DNA of 64,000 nucleotides, taken from positions 3,904,001-3,968,000 of the forward strand of contig CBDCNP010000002.1 of NCBI GenBank assembly GCA_965219415.1, written 5' to 3'. Position 1 is the stretch's first letter, and each line of letters opens with the position of its first letter. The translations under genes were made by a program, and so were the position numbers. Origin of the DNA: Candidatus Marinacidobacterales bacterium. Lineage in GTDB: Bacteria > Acidobacteriota > Vicinamibacteria > Marinacidobacterales > DATDRI01. The notes beneath the pieces were generated by a model. The model did not search any database. It saw only the letters and a list, made by a program, of their open reading frames with translations, and was not told where the DNA came from. Shown here piece after piece: positions 30,101 through 39,927 of the stretch.

Positions 30101-30342
30101 GACTAGCCACGACCGAAAAGGGTGAGTTTGCGACAGACTCGCTCCTGAATGTGGACATGCGGCTTGCCAAGACGGTCAACTTGGGTTCATCACGAGCACT
30201 GACGGTTCTAGTAGAAATGTTCAACTTAACCAATGAAGCGAATCCGGCCCGGATCATCACTGCTTTCGGAGAGGACATCGGCATAACTATCGAACCACTG
30301 CCGGGGCGTGAGTTACAAATAGGCGTTCGTTTCGACTTCTGA
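27199..30342 (+). CDS. TonB-dependent receptor (Oar-like)
   Basis: SD GAGGAG; GTVVDQTGAVVPGA, AEFGRASGAVANIITKSG, FAPRIG; C-terminal RFDF. Confidence 0.92.
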   Translation: MKRHLTFVLVWLGAVFVASIAHGQITGTITGTVVDQTGAVVPGATVTAASPNLLRSDVFSVANQQGRYRLVGLTAGVYELSVQMDGFAPKRLTEIRLGLNETKEVKIVLELAGIAEQTTVVAGAPVVEVKSSGLGLAILPEVIDTMPLKGREFLDLMGLVPGTAPRVGNAIALNGDQGAAVTVFAERSVTNSFLVDGMMNKDDYTGSFAEFYIQDVIQEFKVELGGYQAEFGRASGAVANIITKSGGNDFGGRGFFFLRDDGLNSTNVPDQDPPQLRRTEVGGTFGGPIARDKTWFFAAGQIVTEARGSTLQLTAVPQVLKDGWFTPTPGQEIFDAKPDAQRLTLFGKVNHQFSPSQNLYVTVNMNLGEELNSLPPGGGHTFIPLNSTSNDYEKNTYSATGRHTAFFGGDAFLESSLRYLRIRNQTNTEKTLGAEFIYPGTFNEIGQAQFWITNASSEGITDLEHERYQWMQTMSAFRETDNWGRHDLKFGFDFTRVNFDRSHFPPSYLIVSNTLYQREYQNLDIGTVEVIRNEGLTLDDRTRSQAANNVLGAFGQDSWEVRDGLTINAGIRYDYASLFSEDKDNFAPRIGVAWDPKNDGKTVLRASFGIYYDQNILELAQEVPELGGIQGLAWSHILIPRGASWFDNPAIGAFDPLHAGGTRWLAHPEFFSHILPEGAERCAGDLCITGQGRPYILYELLGVPVTDPLNPPILEYGSIEQLTGGRFTPEEALQTINNFFGPHFFNRFGWAEPPDEGSVISGRYMQFFYRTNGPAVTRLKTLQHPVKTPYTRSFNFGIAREIVGDFSIDAAIFIRRSRDLLASRVINLRDIPRGAGCFENTTDSGPCNNQVGYSGFLDANVFTLALEKRFSNGYQFLGSYTYTDAVDNFTSYRVPPRGASTSFLFNNQPELDIGRSLMAPNHVFTFSGVVRIPYGIHVSGILNASSGLPFNASGFGVDSDGDGIFDNRLATTEKGEFATDSLLNVDMRLAKTVNLGSSRALTVLVEMFNLTNEANPARIITAFGEDIGITIEPLPGRELQIGVRFDF

Positions 30343-30376
30343 TTAAGACCGCCTGGCGAACTGGACCGATACAAAT

Positions 30377-30411
30377 CCGGGGCCCTGGCTTCCGAATGGC
30401 CAGGGCCCCGG
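30377..30411 (+). terminator. 13-bp-stem hairpin after the receptor gene
   Basis: CCGGGGCCCTGGC...GCCAGGGCCCCGG; no U-tract, so possibly a stabilising hairpin. Confidence 0.45.
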
Positions 30412-30509
30412 GACCTGAAGGGGTGGCGGCAGTTTGTACCCAGAACAAGGAGAGCCAAAACCCAGCCTTGCCGCAGACAAGAAAGCACTGAACGGGGGAA
30501 AAGTAATTC

Positions 30510-30770
30510 ATGGTCCTTGACCGCAAACCTGAGAAGAAAGTCGATGGGGTCAACGTAAGGCCGGTTGGTAAGGACATTGGCGAGCGTATCTCCGTGCTCC
30601 GCCGCGAACGGCACCTGAGTTTAGAGGCGTTGGCGGCTGAGATGGGTTTGACGGCGTCATACCTGAGCAAACTGGAACGAGGTCGGACGAGCATCTCCAT
30701 TTTCTGGGTGTGGAAATGGTCTACTTTTTCAAGCGAGATGAGAGGCTTTCCGGGCCGCTTCGAACCCTAG
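30510..30770 (+). pseudogene. XRE-family regulator remnant
   Basis: IGERISVLRRERHLSLEALAAEMGLTASYLSKLERG, then the frame degenerates. Confidence 0.7.
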
Positions 30771-30805
30771 GTTAGACCGGGATCTTATCCGCAGGAGACA
30801 GATAT

Positions 30806-32176
30806 ATGCCGATGGCAATCGTCATGGCGCTGACGCTGATGTTGACGGTCGCAGCGCAAGCAACTCCGAACGGGTTTACCGAAAAGTGGACTGTCATTCA
30901 CGCCGGTACACTGCTCGCTGTGCCTGGGGAAGAGGCAAAGCGACGGCAAAGCGTCATCATAGCAGAGGGGAGGATCGTCGAAGTCCGCCCCGGCTTCGTG
31001 AACTCTTCGACGACCGGCGGGGGTGTCAAGACGCAACTCGTCGATCTCTCCAACAGCTTTGTGATGCCGGGGCTCATTGATGCCCACACTCACATCACAC
31101 ACTCTCCGAGCCGCACCGCTAGACTAGAGAAGGTCATGGAGAATGATGCCGACGTTGCTCTGACGGCATCGGTGCACGCTCGAGTGACTCTAGAAGCAGG
31201 CTTCACGACGATTCGCGATGTCGGCGCATCGGGTCATGCGATTTTCGCTGTTCGGGACGCTATCGACCGCGGGGGGATCGCGGGACCGAGGATTCTTGCA
31301 GCCGGTGAAACCATTACCGCGACCGGAGGACATGGTGACATGCATGGCTACCGTGCCGACGTGCTCAAAGTGCTCGCCAGCGGTGGTGTCTGCGACGGTG
31401 CGGACGATTGTCGCCAGGCAGTCAGAGAGCAGATCAAGCGGGGTGCCGACCTGATCAAGGTGATGGCAACGGGCGGTGCGGCCAGCGAGACGGCCACTGG
31501 AGTGGGAGTACAGATGACCGAAGAGGAGCTCCGGGTCGTGGTACAGACCGCGAACGCCTTGGGCCGCAAGGTGGCGGCCCATGCGCACGCAGCCAACGGT
31601 GTCAAGGCGGCACTGCGTGCAGGTGTAGACTCCATCGAGCATGGAACGTGGGCGGACAGGGACGAAGAGATCTTCCAGCTATTCAAAGAAAGCGGAGCTT
31701 ACCTGGTGCCCACGGCGTACCTTATTGAGTACGTCGGTGATACGAAGGACAAAGTTCGGAAGGGTCCTTGGGGGTATCAGCCGCCGGAAGTGCTCGAGAA
31801 GGTCTTCGAGATCGTTCTTCCCCAGCAGCCTAGGGTCATGACCCGCGCCGCTCACGCGGCTGGTGTCAAGATTGCTCTCGGTACCGATGCCGGATTGTTC
31901 GCTCACGGCGACAATGCGCGCGAACTCATCGAATACGTTCGGATTGGGATGACGGAGATGGAAGCCCTCCAGGCCGGTACGGTCAATGGAGCAGAGCTTC
32001 TCGGGCTCTCGGACGAGGTCGGAACCATCGAGAGCGGAAAAGCCGGCGATATCATCGCTACCGCCAAGAGTCCGCTTGAGGATATTTCCGAGATGACACG
32101 CGTTACCTTCGTTATGAAAGGTGGACAGGTGTTCAAGCGCCCGAAGAGGTCGGCGGGCCAACCCACAGGTCATTGA
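30806..32176 (+). CDS. Secreted metal-dependent amidohydrolase (Xaa-Pro dipeptidase-like)
   Basis: PGLIDAHTH, IKVMATGG, AAHAH, SIEHG and GTDAG motifs. Confidence 0.92.
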   Translation: MPMAIVMALTLMLTVAAQATPNGFTEKWTVIHAGTLLAVPGEEAKRRQSVIIAEGRIVEVRPGFVNSSTTGGGVKTQLVDLSNSFVMPGLIDAHTHITHSPSRTARLEKVMENDADVALTASVHARVTLEAGFTTIRDVGASGHAIFAVRDAIDRGGIAGPRILAAGETITATGGHGDMHGYRADVLKVLASGGVCDGADDCRQAVREQIKRGADLIKVMATGGAASETATGVGVQMTEEELRVVVQTANALGRKVAAHAHAANGVKAALRAGVDSIEHGTWADRDEEIFQLFKESGAYLVPTAYLIEYVGDTKDKVRKGPWGYQPPEVLEKVFEIVLPQQPRVMTRAAHAAGVKIALGTDAGLFAHGDNARELIEYVRIGMTEMEALQAGTVNGAELLGLSDEVGTIESGKAGDIIATAKSPLEDISEMTRVTFVMKGGQVFKRPKRSAGQPTGH

Positions 32177-32298
32177 CAGGCAAGAGAAATAAAGGGAAAC
32201 CTCGGTAATTGAATTGGCTCGTGATCGGTGATGACCCTCCACGCGGGGCTTTGAGAGGCAATCGGTTGAGGGTTCTGCGAACAAGAAGAGGAGATCTC

Positions 32299-34413
32299 AT
32301 GAGAACGGCAAGAACGCTTAAGACTCTGTGGTGGGCGTGCGGCCTGCTGCTTGCGGGAAGGGTGGCAGCAGCGGAATCCAAACCAGCGACGGTAGAAGAT
32401 ATCGTGAGAATCAACAACATCCAAGAGGCTCGGATCTCTCCGGATGGCTCGCAGGTTGTCTATGTAGTGGCGGAGCCGAATATCGAGGAGAGTGTTTATG
32501 ACGCCGATATCTTCGTCGTGAGCTCAAAGGGAGGGCCGTCTCGTGGGCTGACTAAAAGAGCTGCGCGGGACGACACACCGCGGTGGTCACGAGATGGTCA
32601 ACTGATCGCTTTTATCTCAGACCACAGCGGGAGCAATCAGATCTGGCTGGTCAGTCCCGACGGAGATGGCTTGCACCAATTGACAAGGGTGGAGGGAGGG
32701 ATGGCGGCCCCGGGTTTCCTGCGCATCTTCCCGCCTTACCCACAGGCTTTCGCCTGGTCCCCTGACGGCAAGACTATTGCGTACTTGGTTCCCGATCAAG
32801 AAATCGTGGCGCAACAGGAACAGAGGAGGCGGGAGAAAGACGATACCATCGTCATTGGCCGCGATGTGAAGACGGCACAGGTCCACCTGATCGATGTCGA
32901 GAGCGGCGAGAGTCGTCAGCTGACAAGGGGCAAGTTTACAGTGAATCACGTGTCCTGGTCGCCCGACGGTAAGGAGATCGCCTTTTCGGCACAGCCCAAG
33001 CCTGAGGAAGAAGGCTCCGATCCGGCACGCGCCATTAGTGCCCCGGCGGCGGACGATGTCTTTGTCGTATCAGTTGAAGGGGGACAGGTTCGAACGCTGA
33101 TCCAACGCGACGGGATGGACAGTACGCCCAAGTGGTCGCCGGATGGTACCAGGATTGCGTTTGTCTCCGACGGCGGCAAGAGAAAATGGAGCGCCAATAA
33201 CTATCTATATACTGTAGCAGCGGCGGGAGGAACTCCACAAAGCCTCACCCAGAACTTCGATGAGGTCATCGCTTTCTATCACTGGGCGGCGGATAGCTCG
33301 TTGGTACTCATCTTGGCTAGGCAAAAATTAACCAGGCACCTCTTCGCAGTCGAGACGGACAGCCAAACGGTCCGCCAGGTGACCTCGGGGAACCGGGTCC
33401 ATGGGTCGTTCAGTTTTTCGAGAGACACGGGACAAATGGCGTTTCTCGCGCAAGACGCCAAGACCGCCTGGGATGTTTACGTTTCGGGAGTAGAGGAGTT
33501 CGATCCGGTCAAGATCACCAAGACCAATCCCCAGTTGCAAAAGCTCGCACTGGTCGAGCCCGAAGTCGTTCGATGGAAGGCGTCCGACGGTATGGAGATT
33601 GAAGGGCTCCTTTACAAGCCCCTGCGGTTCGAGGAAGGCGAGAAGTATCCCCTGGTAACTTGCGTCCACGGCGGTCCCTCGATCGGAACGTTCACCCTGT
33701 CGATTTCACCGCAACTATCCGAAGCGGGGCGGTTTCCCATGCAAGCCGATCCCTGCATTCTGGCACACGTTTTCGCTGGCGAGGGGTACGCAACCTTCTT
33801 GCCGAACCCAAGAGGCGGGGCTGGCTACGGTGAGAAATTCCGGCAAGCGGGCGGTCGGGGACCCGGTTATGGTGAGTTTCCTTCGAGCTCCCGAAAGAGA
33901 GGCCGTGGAGATTTCCAAGATATCCTTTCGGGAATTGACTCATTAATCGAGCGCGGGATTGCCGACGAAGACAAGCTGGGAATCATGGGATGGAGCTACG
34001 GAGGGTACATGAGTGCCTGGGCCATCTCACAGACCGATCGATTCGCGGCTGCTTCTGCCGGTGCTGGCCCGACAAATGCCATTAGCTATTTCGGCACGTC
34101 GGCGCACGTACCACCACCCGATCGACTAGCCCCCTGGCAGGCTATGCAAGACTACTTGAATGATTCGGCGATCTACTACGGTGACAATCTAAAGACGCCC
34201 ACGCTACTTCAGTTTCCTGAAAGGGATGAAATCGTTCCCTTGTCACAGGCCCAGGAGCTACATCGTGCTCTCCAACTGAAGGGTGTTCCCACTGAGCTTC
34301 ACGTGTACCCTCGCGAGGGGCACATGCTTCGCGAGCCGAAACATCAGCTCGATATGCTGCTCCAGAATGTCGAGTGGTTCGATCGCTGGTTCAGTTTCGA
34401 ACATTCGTCATAA
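32299..34413 (+). CDS. S9-family serine peptidase
   Basis: PD40 propeller; HGGP, GWSYGG, DEIVP and EGH catalytic-triad motifs. Confidence 0.92.
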   Translation: MRTARTLKTLWWACGLLLAGRVAAAESKPATVEDIVRINNIQEARISPDGSQVVYVVAEPNIEESVYDADIFVVSSKGGPSRGLTKRAARDDTPRWSRDGQLIAFISDHSGSNQIWLVSPDGDGLHQLTRVEGGMAAPGFLRIFPPYPQAFAWSPDGKTIAYLVPDQEIVAQQEQRRREKDDTIVIGRDVKTAQVHLIDVESGESRQLTRGKFTVNHVSWSPDGKEIAFSAQPKPEEEGSDPARAISAPAADDVFVVSVEGGQVRTLIQRDGMDSTPKWSPDGTRIAFVSDGGKRKWSANNYLYTVAAAGGTPQSLTQNFDEVIAFYHWAADSSLVLILARQKLTRHLFAVETDSQTVRQVTSGNRVHGSFSFSRDTGQMAFLAQDAKTAWDVYVSGVEEFDPVKITKTNPQLQKLALVEPEVVRWKASDGMEIEGLLYKPLRFEEGEKYPLVTCVHGGPSIGTFTLSISPQLSEAGRFPMQADPCILAHVFAGEGYATFLPNPRGGAGYGEKFRQAGGRGPGYGEFPSSSRKRGRGDFQDILSGIDSLIERGIADEDKLGIMGWSYGGYMSAWAISQTDRFAAASAGAGPTNAISYFGTSAHVPPPDRLAPWQAMQDYLNDSAIYYGDNLKTPTLLQFPERDEIVPLSQAQELHRALQLKGVPTELHVYPREGHMLREPKHQLDMLLQNVEWFDRWFSFEHSS

Positions 34414-34447
34414 GTTGGATTCGGAAGCTCAGAAGGGTAGTTGGGAA

Positions 34448-34759
34448 ATGACAACTGCAATGAACTGCAAAGGGGTTTCGAGACGGCGACTCCTTCAACT
34501 CCTCGTAGCGGCCGGTGGCGCGCCGGCCCTCGCCGAGGCGATCGTGGCCGAAACTCAGCCCGAGGTGTCACCTGAGCGCTTGAAGGTCTTGGCGGACTTG
34601 CTCGATAGGAAATTCGACCAAGCGCAGCTGGAAACACTCTCCGTTACGGTTCAGCGGTCCCTCGATAACTTCCAGCTTGTCCGTGAACTGGACATCGATG
34701 ACCGCGTTCAGCCATGTACGGTCTTTCAGGCGAGACCCCCCGGGGATAATGATAACTAG
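34448..34759 (+). CDS. Small Tat-signal, GatC-like protein
   Basis: SRRRLL twin-arginine motif plus hydrophobic stretch; VSPERLKVLADL..VRELDIDDRVQP..F resembles GatC; directly upstream of the amidase. Confidence 0.65.
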   Translation: MTTAMNCKGVSRRRLLQLLVAAGGAPALAEAIVAETQPEVSPERLKVLADLLDRKFDQAQLETLSVTVQRSLDNFQLVRELDIDDRVQPCTVFQARPPGDNDN

Positions 34760-34816
34760 ATACTCGTGAACAGATGAGCTCGCGTTCCGATTGGCGATTT
34801 CTCAAGTGGATGGTGA

Positions 34817-36256
34817 ATGGCTAAGGGCAGCAACCTTGTGTTCTTGAGCGCACGCGAGCTCGGGGGGCTTCTAAAGAGCCGCCAAGTGTCGCCTGTCGAG
34901 GTTGTGGAGGCCCATCTTGAAAGAGTCAAGAGCCTAAATCCGATCCTGAATGCATTCATCACCACCGCTAGTGATTATGCCATCACCCGTGCGCGCAAAG
35001 CCGAAAAGGAAATTCTAGAGGGGAACTACCTAGGACCCTTGCACGGAGTGCCCTACGCACCGAAGGACATTGTTGCCACTAAAGGAATTTCTACGACGAA
35101 TGGCTCGCGGGTTACCGCGAACTGGATCCCGGACTACGAGTCAACCATTACGGAGAGACTGAACAATGCAGGCGCGGTACTTATCGGGAAGACGAACTTG
35201 CTCGAGTTCGCCATCGGCAGCGGGATCTTTTCGGGCTTCGGTCAAGTTCGAAATCCGTGGCATCTCGGTTACTCCGCGGCGGGCTCGTCCCACGGGTCCG
35301 GTGCGGCGCTCGCCGCTGGTATGGTTCCTCTCTCCATAGGCACCGACACCGGAGGTTCCATTCGTGCCCCTGCTGCCTTTTGCGGTGTGGTCGGGCTGAA
35401 GCCGACGTACGGTCGTGTCAGTCGTTACGGAGTGACCACGCTGAGCTGGACGCTCGATCATGCCGGTCCGATGTCGAGGACAGTCGCCGACATCGCCCTC
35501 CTGCTGCAAGTCATTGCTGGCGCTGATTCCAAAGACACAAGTTGCGCCAACGAGCCGGTTCCCGATTACAACGGCGCGCTGGTTCGCGATCTCAAGGGAG
35601 TCCGGATCGGTGTACAACGGGGATACTTTTTCGATGATCTTCACCCGGACGTGGATCGCTCCTTGGAAACCGCGATGCAGAAACTGAAGGACCTGGGAGC
35701 GATTTTCGTTGATGTAGAGATCCCACACCTCAAATATGCCGCCGCTGCCGGAGCCATGATCGGAATGGCCGAGGCCGCGACTTTCCACCAGAAGCGGCTG
35801 CGTGAGAGTGGAGATCGGTTTGACCCGCTGGCCCGGGAGCGTATCGAGAGAGGGAACTTTGTCCTGGCGGTTGATTACATCAAAGCGCAGCGCGTGCGGA
35901 CCATCCTCATGGAGGAGATGGCGAAGGTCTTTCGAGCCTGCAACGTGCTGGTAGCGCCATCGAACATGAGCCTTCCAACCGTACTCGAGTCCGCCGAGAC
36001 GGCGGCAAGCGACGTGAAGCCCGAGCCGGTGCCGGAGGGACCCTCTATGGAAATGGCGGCCGCGCGGGGTGCTTTCTTGGGAAACATGGCTGGTCTTCCG
36101 GCGATCTCGGTACCTTGTGGGTTCTCATCGACCGCTCCCACACTTCCGATCGCGATTCAGTTCTACGCCAAGCCGTTCGATGAGCCCTCGCTGCTACGGG
36201 TCGGCTACGCCTATGAGATGGCCACAGATTGGCACGAGCGGAGACCGCCGGTCTGA
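34817..36256 (+). CDS. Amidase-signature enzyme (GatA-like)
   Basis: GPLHGVPYAPKD, GKTN, GSSHGS, GTDTGGSIR; no signal peptide. Confidence 0.92.
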   Translation: MAKGSNLVFLSARELGGLLKSRQVSPVEVVEAHLERVKSLNPILNAFITTASDYAITRARKAEKEILEGNYLGPLHGVPYAPKDIVATKGISTTNGSRVTANWIPDYESTITERLNNAGAVLIGKTNLLEFAIGSGIFSGFGQVRNPWHLGYSAAGSSHGSGAALAAGMVPLSIGTDTGGSIRAPAAFCGVVGLKPTYGRVSRYGVTTLSWTLDHAGPMSRTVADIALLLQVIAGADSKDTSCANEPVPDYNGALVRDLKGVRIGVQRGYFFDDLHPDVDRSLETAMQKLKDLGAIFVDVEIPHLKYAAAAGAMIGMAEAATFHQKRLRESGDRFDPLARERIERGNFVLAVDYIKAQRVRTILMEEMAKVFRACNVLVAPSNMSLPTVLESAETAASDVKPEPVPEGPSMEMAAARGAFLGNMAGLPAISVPCGFSSTAPTLPIAIQFYAKPFDEPSLLRVGYAYEMATDWHERRPPV

Positions 36257-36259
36257 ACC

Positions 36260-38050
36260 ATGGCGAAAGGAAGAAGAGGATGGAGCCGCATTAGCAAGTT
36301 GCTGGGCGCCGGAACCTGCGCCACCCTGAGCCTCGTTGCCTTCGCTTGGGGTTGCTCGCCGGCGTCCGGCCCGAAGCTCGCCTTCGAGATCTCCTTCCCG
36401 GAATCGGTCACCGGGGAACCTCTGACCGGTCGAGTGTTTGCCATGATTGCTGAGACCGATGATCTGAAGCCTCGTCTGCAAATCGGCTGGGGTTTCCCGA
36501 CGACTTTCCTTGGAGTCGATGTAGAAGAGCTTCGACCCAACGAAGTAGCGCTCATCGATAGCACGACCCTCGGTTATCCGGTCCGGAGTTTGGATGAGCT
36601 TCCAGCCGGGGACTACTTCGTCCAGGGCTTGTTCAGCATCTACACCGAGTTTCACCGCTCGGATGGCCATGTGATCTGGGCGCCCATGGACCAATGGGAG
36701 GGTCAACAGTTCCACCGCTCCCCCGGCAACCTGATCAGCAGTGTTCGGAAGATACGGCTCGATCCAAAGACGGGCTACCGCGTCAGGCTCAATCTGACCG
36801 AGAAAATACCGTCGGTGGTCGTGCCTCCCGACACCAAATGGGTCAAGCGGCTCAAGCTCAAGAGCAAATTGCTCTCGAATTTTTGGGGGCATCCGATCTA
36901 TTTAGGCGCCACCGTTTTACTGCCGAGAGGATATGACGAGGAACCCGAGCGATACTATCCGGTCGTTTATCAACAGGGTCATTTCAGCCTTGAGGCCCCC
37001 TTCGGTTTTACCACCGGTGACTCACCCCTGACGGAACAGGCCCACCTCAGACTGCGGGGGCAGCAGCCGGGTTACCAGCTCTATCGAGCCTGGAGTTCCG
37101 ATGATTTCCCCAGAATGATCGCGGTGACTTTTCAGCATCCCACCCCTTACTTCGATGATTCGTATGCGGTGAACTCGGCCAACAACGGTCCTTATGGTGA
37201 CGCCATCATGACCGAGCTCATCCCCCACGGCGAGGAGTCATTCCGCATCATTAGAGAGCCGTACGCCCGTGTCTTGACCGGTCGGTCCACCGGTGGTTGG
37301 GAGTCGCTGGCACTTCAGATCTACCACCCAGAGTTCTTTGGCGGCACGTGGACCTTCGCGCCCGATCCTGTGGACTTTCGCCGCTATGGGCTCTCCGACA
37401 TCTACTACGATGAAAACGCGTTCTTCGTGTCCGATGACGAGGCCCGCCGCCGCGACCCGCTCTGGCTCGTTCGGCCCGGACAGCGGTGGCTGCCGCAAGA
37501 GCGTCCCTTTGGCCGAGCACCAGATGGGCAAACCATGATGACCATGCGTGATTTCAGCCATCTCGACGCGGTCCGGGGAAGCAAGAGCCGGGCAGGCCAG
37601 CAACTGAGCGCGTGGGAGGCAGCCTACGGTCCGGTCGGCGATGACGGTTATCCGCGGCCTCTCTGGGACAGATTCACCGGCGTCATCGACCGAGAGGTGG
37701 CCCACTACATGCGCGATAATGGATACGATCTGCGTCATTACCTTGAGCGCAACTGGTCTCGAATCGGCCCCGCGTTGGTCGGCAAGCTGCGCTTATACTG
37801 CGGGGAAATGGACAACCATTATCTGAACCAGGGCCTTTACCTGCTTGAAGACTTCTTGAGCAAAACTCAGAACCCTCATTACCCTGGATACTTCGAATAC
37901 GGACGGCCAGAGGCGGATCACTTCTGGCAACCTATGAGCAATTCCGAGCTCCTGCAAGAGATGGCGGAACACATCCACCGGAACGCCGGCGCGGGCTCGA
38001 TGCTCAAAGATCGCGGGAGTAGCGTTCAGCGGGGACCTACCGAGGAGTGA
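36260..38050 (+). CDS. Putative esterase, alpha/beta hydrolase fold (possible lipoprotein)
   Basis: AWGC lipobox-like signal; NSANNGPYG; GRSTGG (GxSxG); PDPVDF. Confidence 0.82.
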   Translation: MAKGRRGWSRISKLLGAGTCATLSLVAFAWGCSPASGPKLAFEISFPESVTGEPLTGRVFAMIAETDDLKPRLQIGWGFPTTFLGVDVEELRPNEVALIDSTTLGYPVRSLDELPAGDYFVQGLFSIYTEFHRSDGHVIWAPMDQWEGQQFHRSPGNLISSVRKIRLDPKTGYRVRLNLTEKIPSVVVPPDTKWVKRLKLKSKLLSNFWGHPIYLGATVLLPRGYDEEPERYYPVVYQQGHFSLEAPFGFTTGDSPLTEQAHLRLRGQQPGYQLYRAWSSDDFPRMIAVTFQHPTPYFDDSYAVNSANNGPYGDAIMTELIPHGEESFRIIREPYARVLTGRSTGGWESLALQIYHPEFFGGTWTFAPDPVDFRRYGLSDIYYDENAFFVSDDEARRRDPLWLVRPGQRWLPQERPFGRAPDGQTMMTMRDFSHLDAVRGSKSRAGQQLSAWEAAYGPVGDDGYPRPLWDRFTGVIDREVAHYMRDNGYDLRHYLERNWSRIGPALVGKLRLYCGEMDNHYLNQGLYLLEDFLSKTQNPHYPGYFEYGRPEADHFWQPMSNSELLQEMAEHIHRNAGAGSMLKDRGSSVQRGPTEE

Positions 38051-38054
38051 GCCC

Positions 38055-38498
38055 ATGCCCGGAACTGGAATCACTGGAACCGTTTTGCTCCTTAGCGCTC
38101 TACTAGTTCAGTCCACAGGGGACATCTCGGACGACGAGCAAGCGATTCGGCGGCTGATGGAACGCTTCGTAGCGGCGTGGAACCGGGGTGATGCTAAGGC
38201 GGTCTCCGAGCTCTGGGAAGTAGAAGGTGTTTACACCCTCACCAGCGGCGGAGTGGTCCGCGGGCGTGGCGAGCTCGAAAAAAGGTTTGCCGAAGCTCTT
38301 GACGGAAGCGACAAAGGAAGCCGCCGGGAGATCTCTGTAACACGGATTCACTTCATCAGACCGGATGTGGCGGTGGTTGATGGGGCATTCGAAGTTACCG
38401 GTGGCAGCATTCCCAGAAAGTCGGGTTACACGTTCATCGCCTCGAAGAAAGACGCCCGGTGGCACATTGCTGTTTGGCACGTCTTGCCCATACCATAA
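38055..38498 (+). CDS. NTF2/SnoaL-like (SgcJ/EcaC-type) protein
   Basis: DEQAIRRL..AAWNRGDA..IRPDVAVV..WHI. Confidence 0.85.
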   Translation: MPGTGITGTVLLLSALLVQSTGDISDDEQAIRRLMERFVAAWNRGDAKAVSELWEVEGVYTLTSGGVVRGRGELEKRFAEALDGSDKGSRREISVTRIHFIRPDVAVVDGAFEVTGGSIPRKSGYTFIASKKDARWHIAVWHVLPIP

Positions 38499-38565
38499 GT
38501 CCAGCACGCCAGATCTCGAACGCCGTCCCGGCGAGGAGAGAGGGAGGGTATCGAGAGTGTGACCC

Positions 38566-38990
38566 CGTCGTGTCCAAAAATACAAACGAAATCAAGATCT
38601 GCTCGCTGGGACGTTTCGGAATAGACGTGTCTACGCTTGGTTGGTCAATGGGAGCTAGAATCCTCGGTCATGAGGACTCCGATCCAGCCCTTGACGTTGT
38701 TGGTGGTCGCCATCGCTGGTTGGCTCCAGCGTGACCAACAGGCTGCTATCGTCTACTTACTCGAGGAGAACAGAGTCCTCAAGGCTCGGCTCTACGGGAG
38801 GAAGCTTCGCCTCACAGACGACGAGTGACGTCGGCTCGCGGTAAAGGGTAAGGCGCTTGGCTGGGAAACTCTTAGCAGAAGTTGCCGGAATCGTCACACC
38901 GGAAACTCTTCTGGCTTGGCACCGAAGGCTCATCGCGCAGAAGTGGGACTACAGCGAGCGGCGGAAACGGCTCGGACGGCCTCGGGTTGG
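38566..38990 (+). mobile_element. rve family B left end plus 5' transposase pseudogene
   Basis: CGTCGTGTCCAAAAATACAAACG; MRTPIQP..AGWLQRDQQ with TGA at 38826; paralog at 52454-53079. Confidence 0.85.
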
Positions 38991-38997
38991 TGATGGG

Positions 38998-39620
38998 TGT
39001 CAACGCCGGCCGAAAATGGCTCATTTATGGATGCGGTCGATGAGCGCGGCGGCCATGACCTCATCGCCCATGACGGCGCCCCATTCCTCGAAACTCTTGT
39101 TGGACGTCAACACACCGTCGAGGCGTGCTCGTAGCGTCGGCTGATGAGCTGGAAGAAGAGTATGGCGCCGGTCTGTGCCACAGGCAGGTAGCCGATCTCG
39201 TCGACGACGAGAAGTGATGGATAGCTCAGCACCGTAAGGCGTTGGTTGAGTGAGCCCACGGCACGGGCTTGCTCGAGCGAGTTGATGAGCAGCGAGTTGA
39301 TGAGCTCGGCGAGGGTGCCGTAGTAGACTCGCCGTCCCTTCTGTGCCGCGGCGATCGCGAGGCTGATCGCGAGATGGGTCTTGCCGACACCGGGCGGTCC
39401 CAACAGAATGACGTTCTCCTTGCGCTCGACGAAGTTGAGCTCGTGGAGAGATTCGATCTGCTCGCGTTTGATCGACGGCTGGAACGAGAAGTCGAACTCA
39501 TCGAGCGTTTTCACCGCGGGTAGGCGCGCCGAGCGCATCGCGGCCTGTAGCCGCCGGTTGTTACGCAGCGTGATCTGCGCCCCCAGAAGCTGCTCGATCG
39601 CCTCCGACGTCGTGACCGCG
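38998..39620 (-). mobile_element. istB: IS21-family remnant (istB ATPase plus end)
   Basis: FDFSFQP, GPPGVGKT, VVDEIGY; end TGTCAACGCCGGCCGAAAA; 15-bp duplication LINSL-LINSL. Confidence 0.88.
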
Positions 39621-39621
39621 C

Positions 39622-39769
39622 CTGTGCCTTCTATTTATTCATCCGCCAGCCCATGGGTCGGAAGTCAGCCCTGCGGCGCGAAATACCCTGGATTCTGCGC
39701 GGATTCCAAGGGCGTCTAAGCTGCTGATTTGTGGCCTATTTCAAAAGGGCCGAGTTTTGGCACAGGACG
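39622..39769. mobile_element. Hybrid mini-element (family D end plus family A end)
   Basis: CTGTGCCTTCTATTTATTCATCCGC (inverted copy at 44402-44426) ... TTTTGGCACAGGACG. Confidence 0.7.
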
Positions 39770-39927
39770 CCATCAACGGGCAATTTGGGGTCATTTCGGG
39801 GCTGATCGGGCCGTTTTTCCAGCGCGCTGCGGCATAGGAGTTCGGGCGCGCCAAGCTGGACGGAACAGATGCTTTGGAGGAAAGCTCTGCTCGGGCTCGC
39901 CTATCGCAGAGCCATTGTCGCGTCGGC

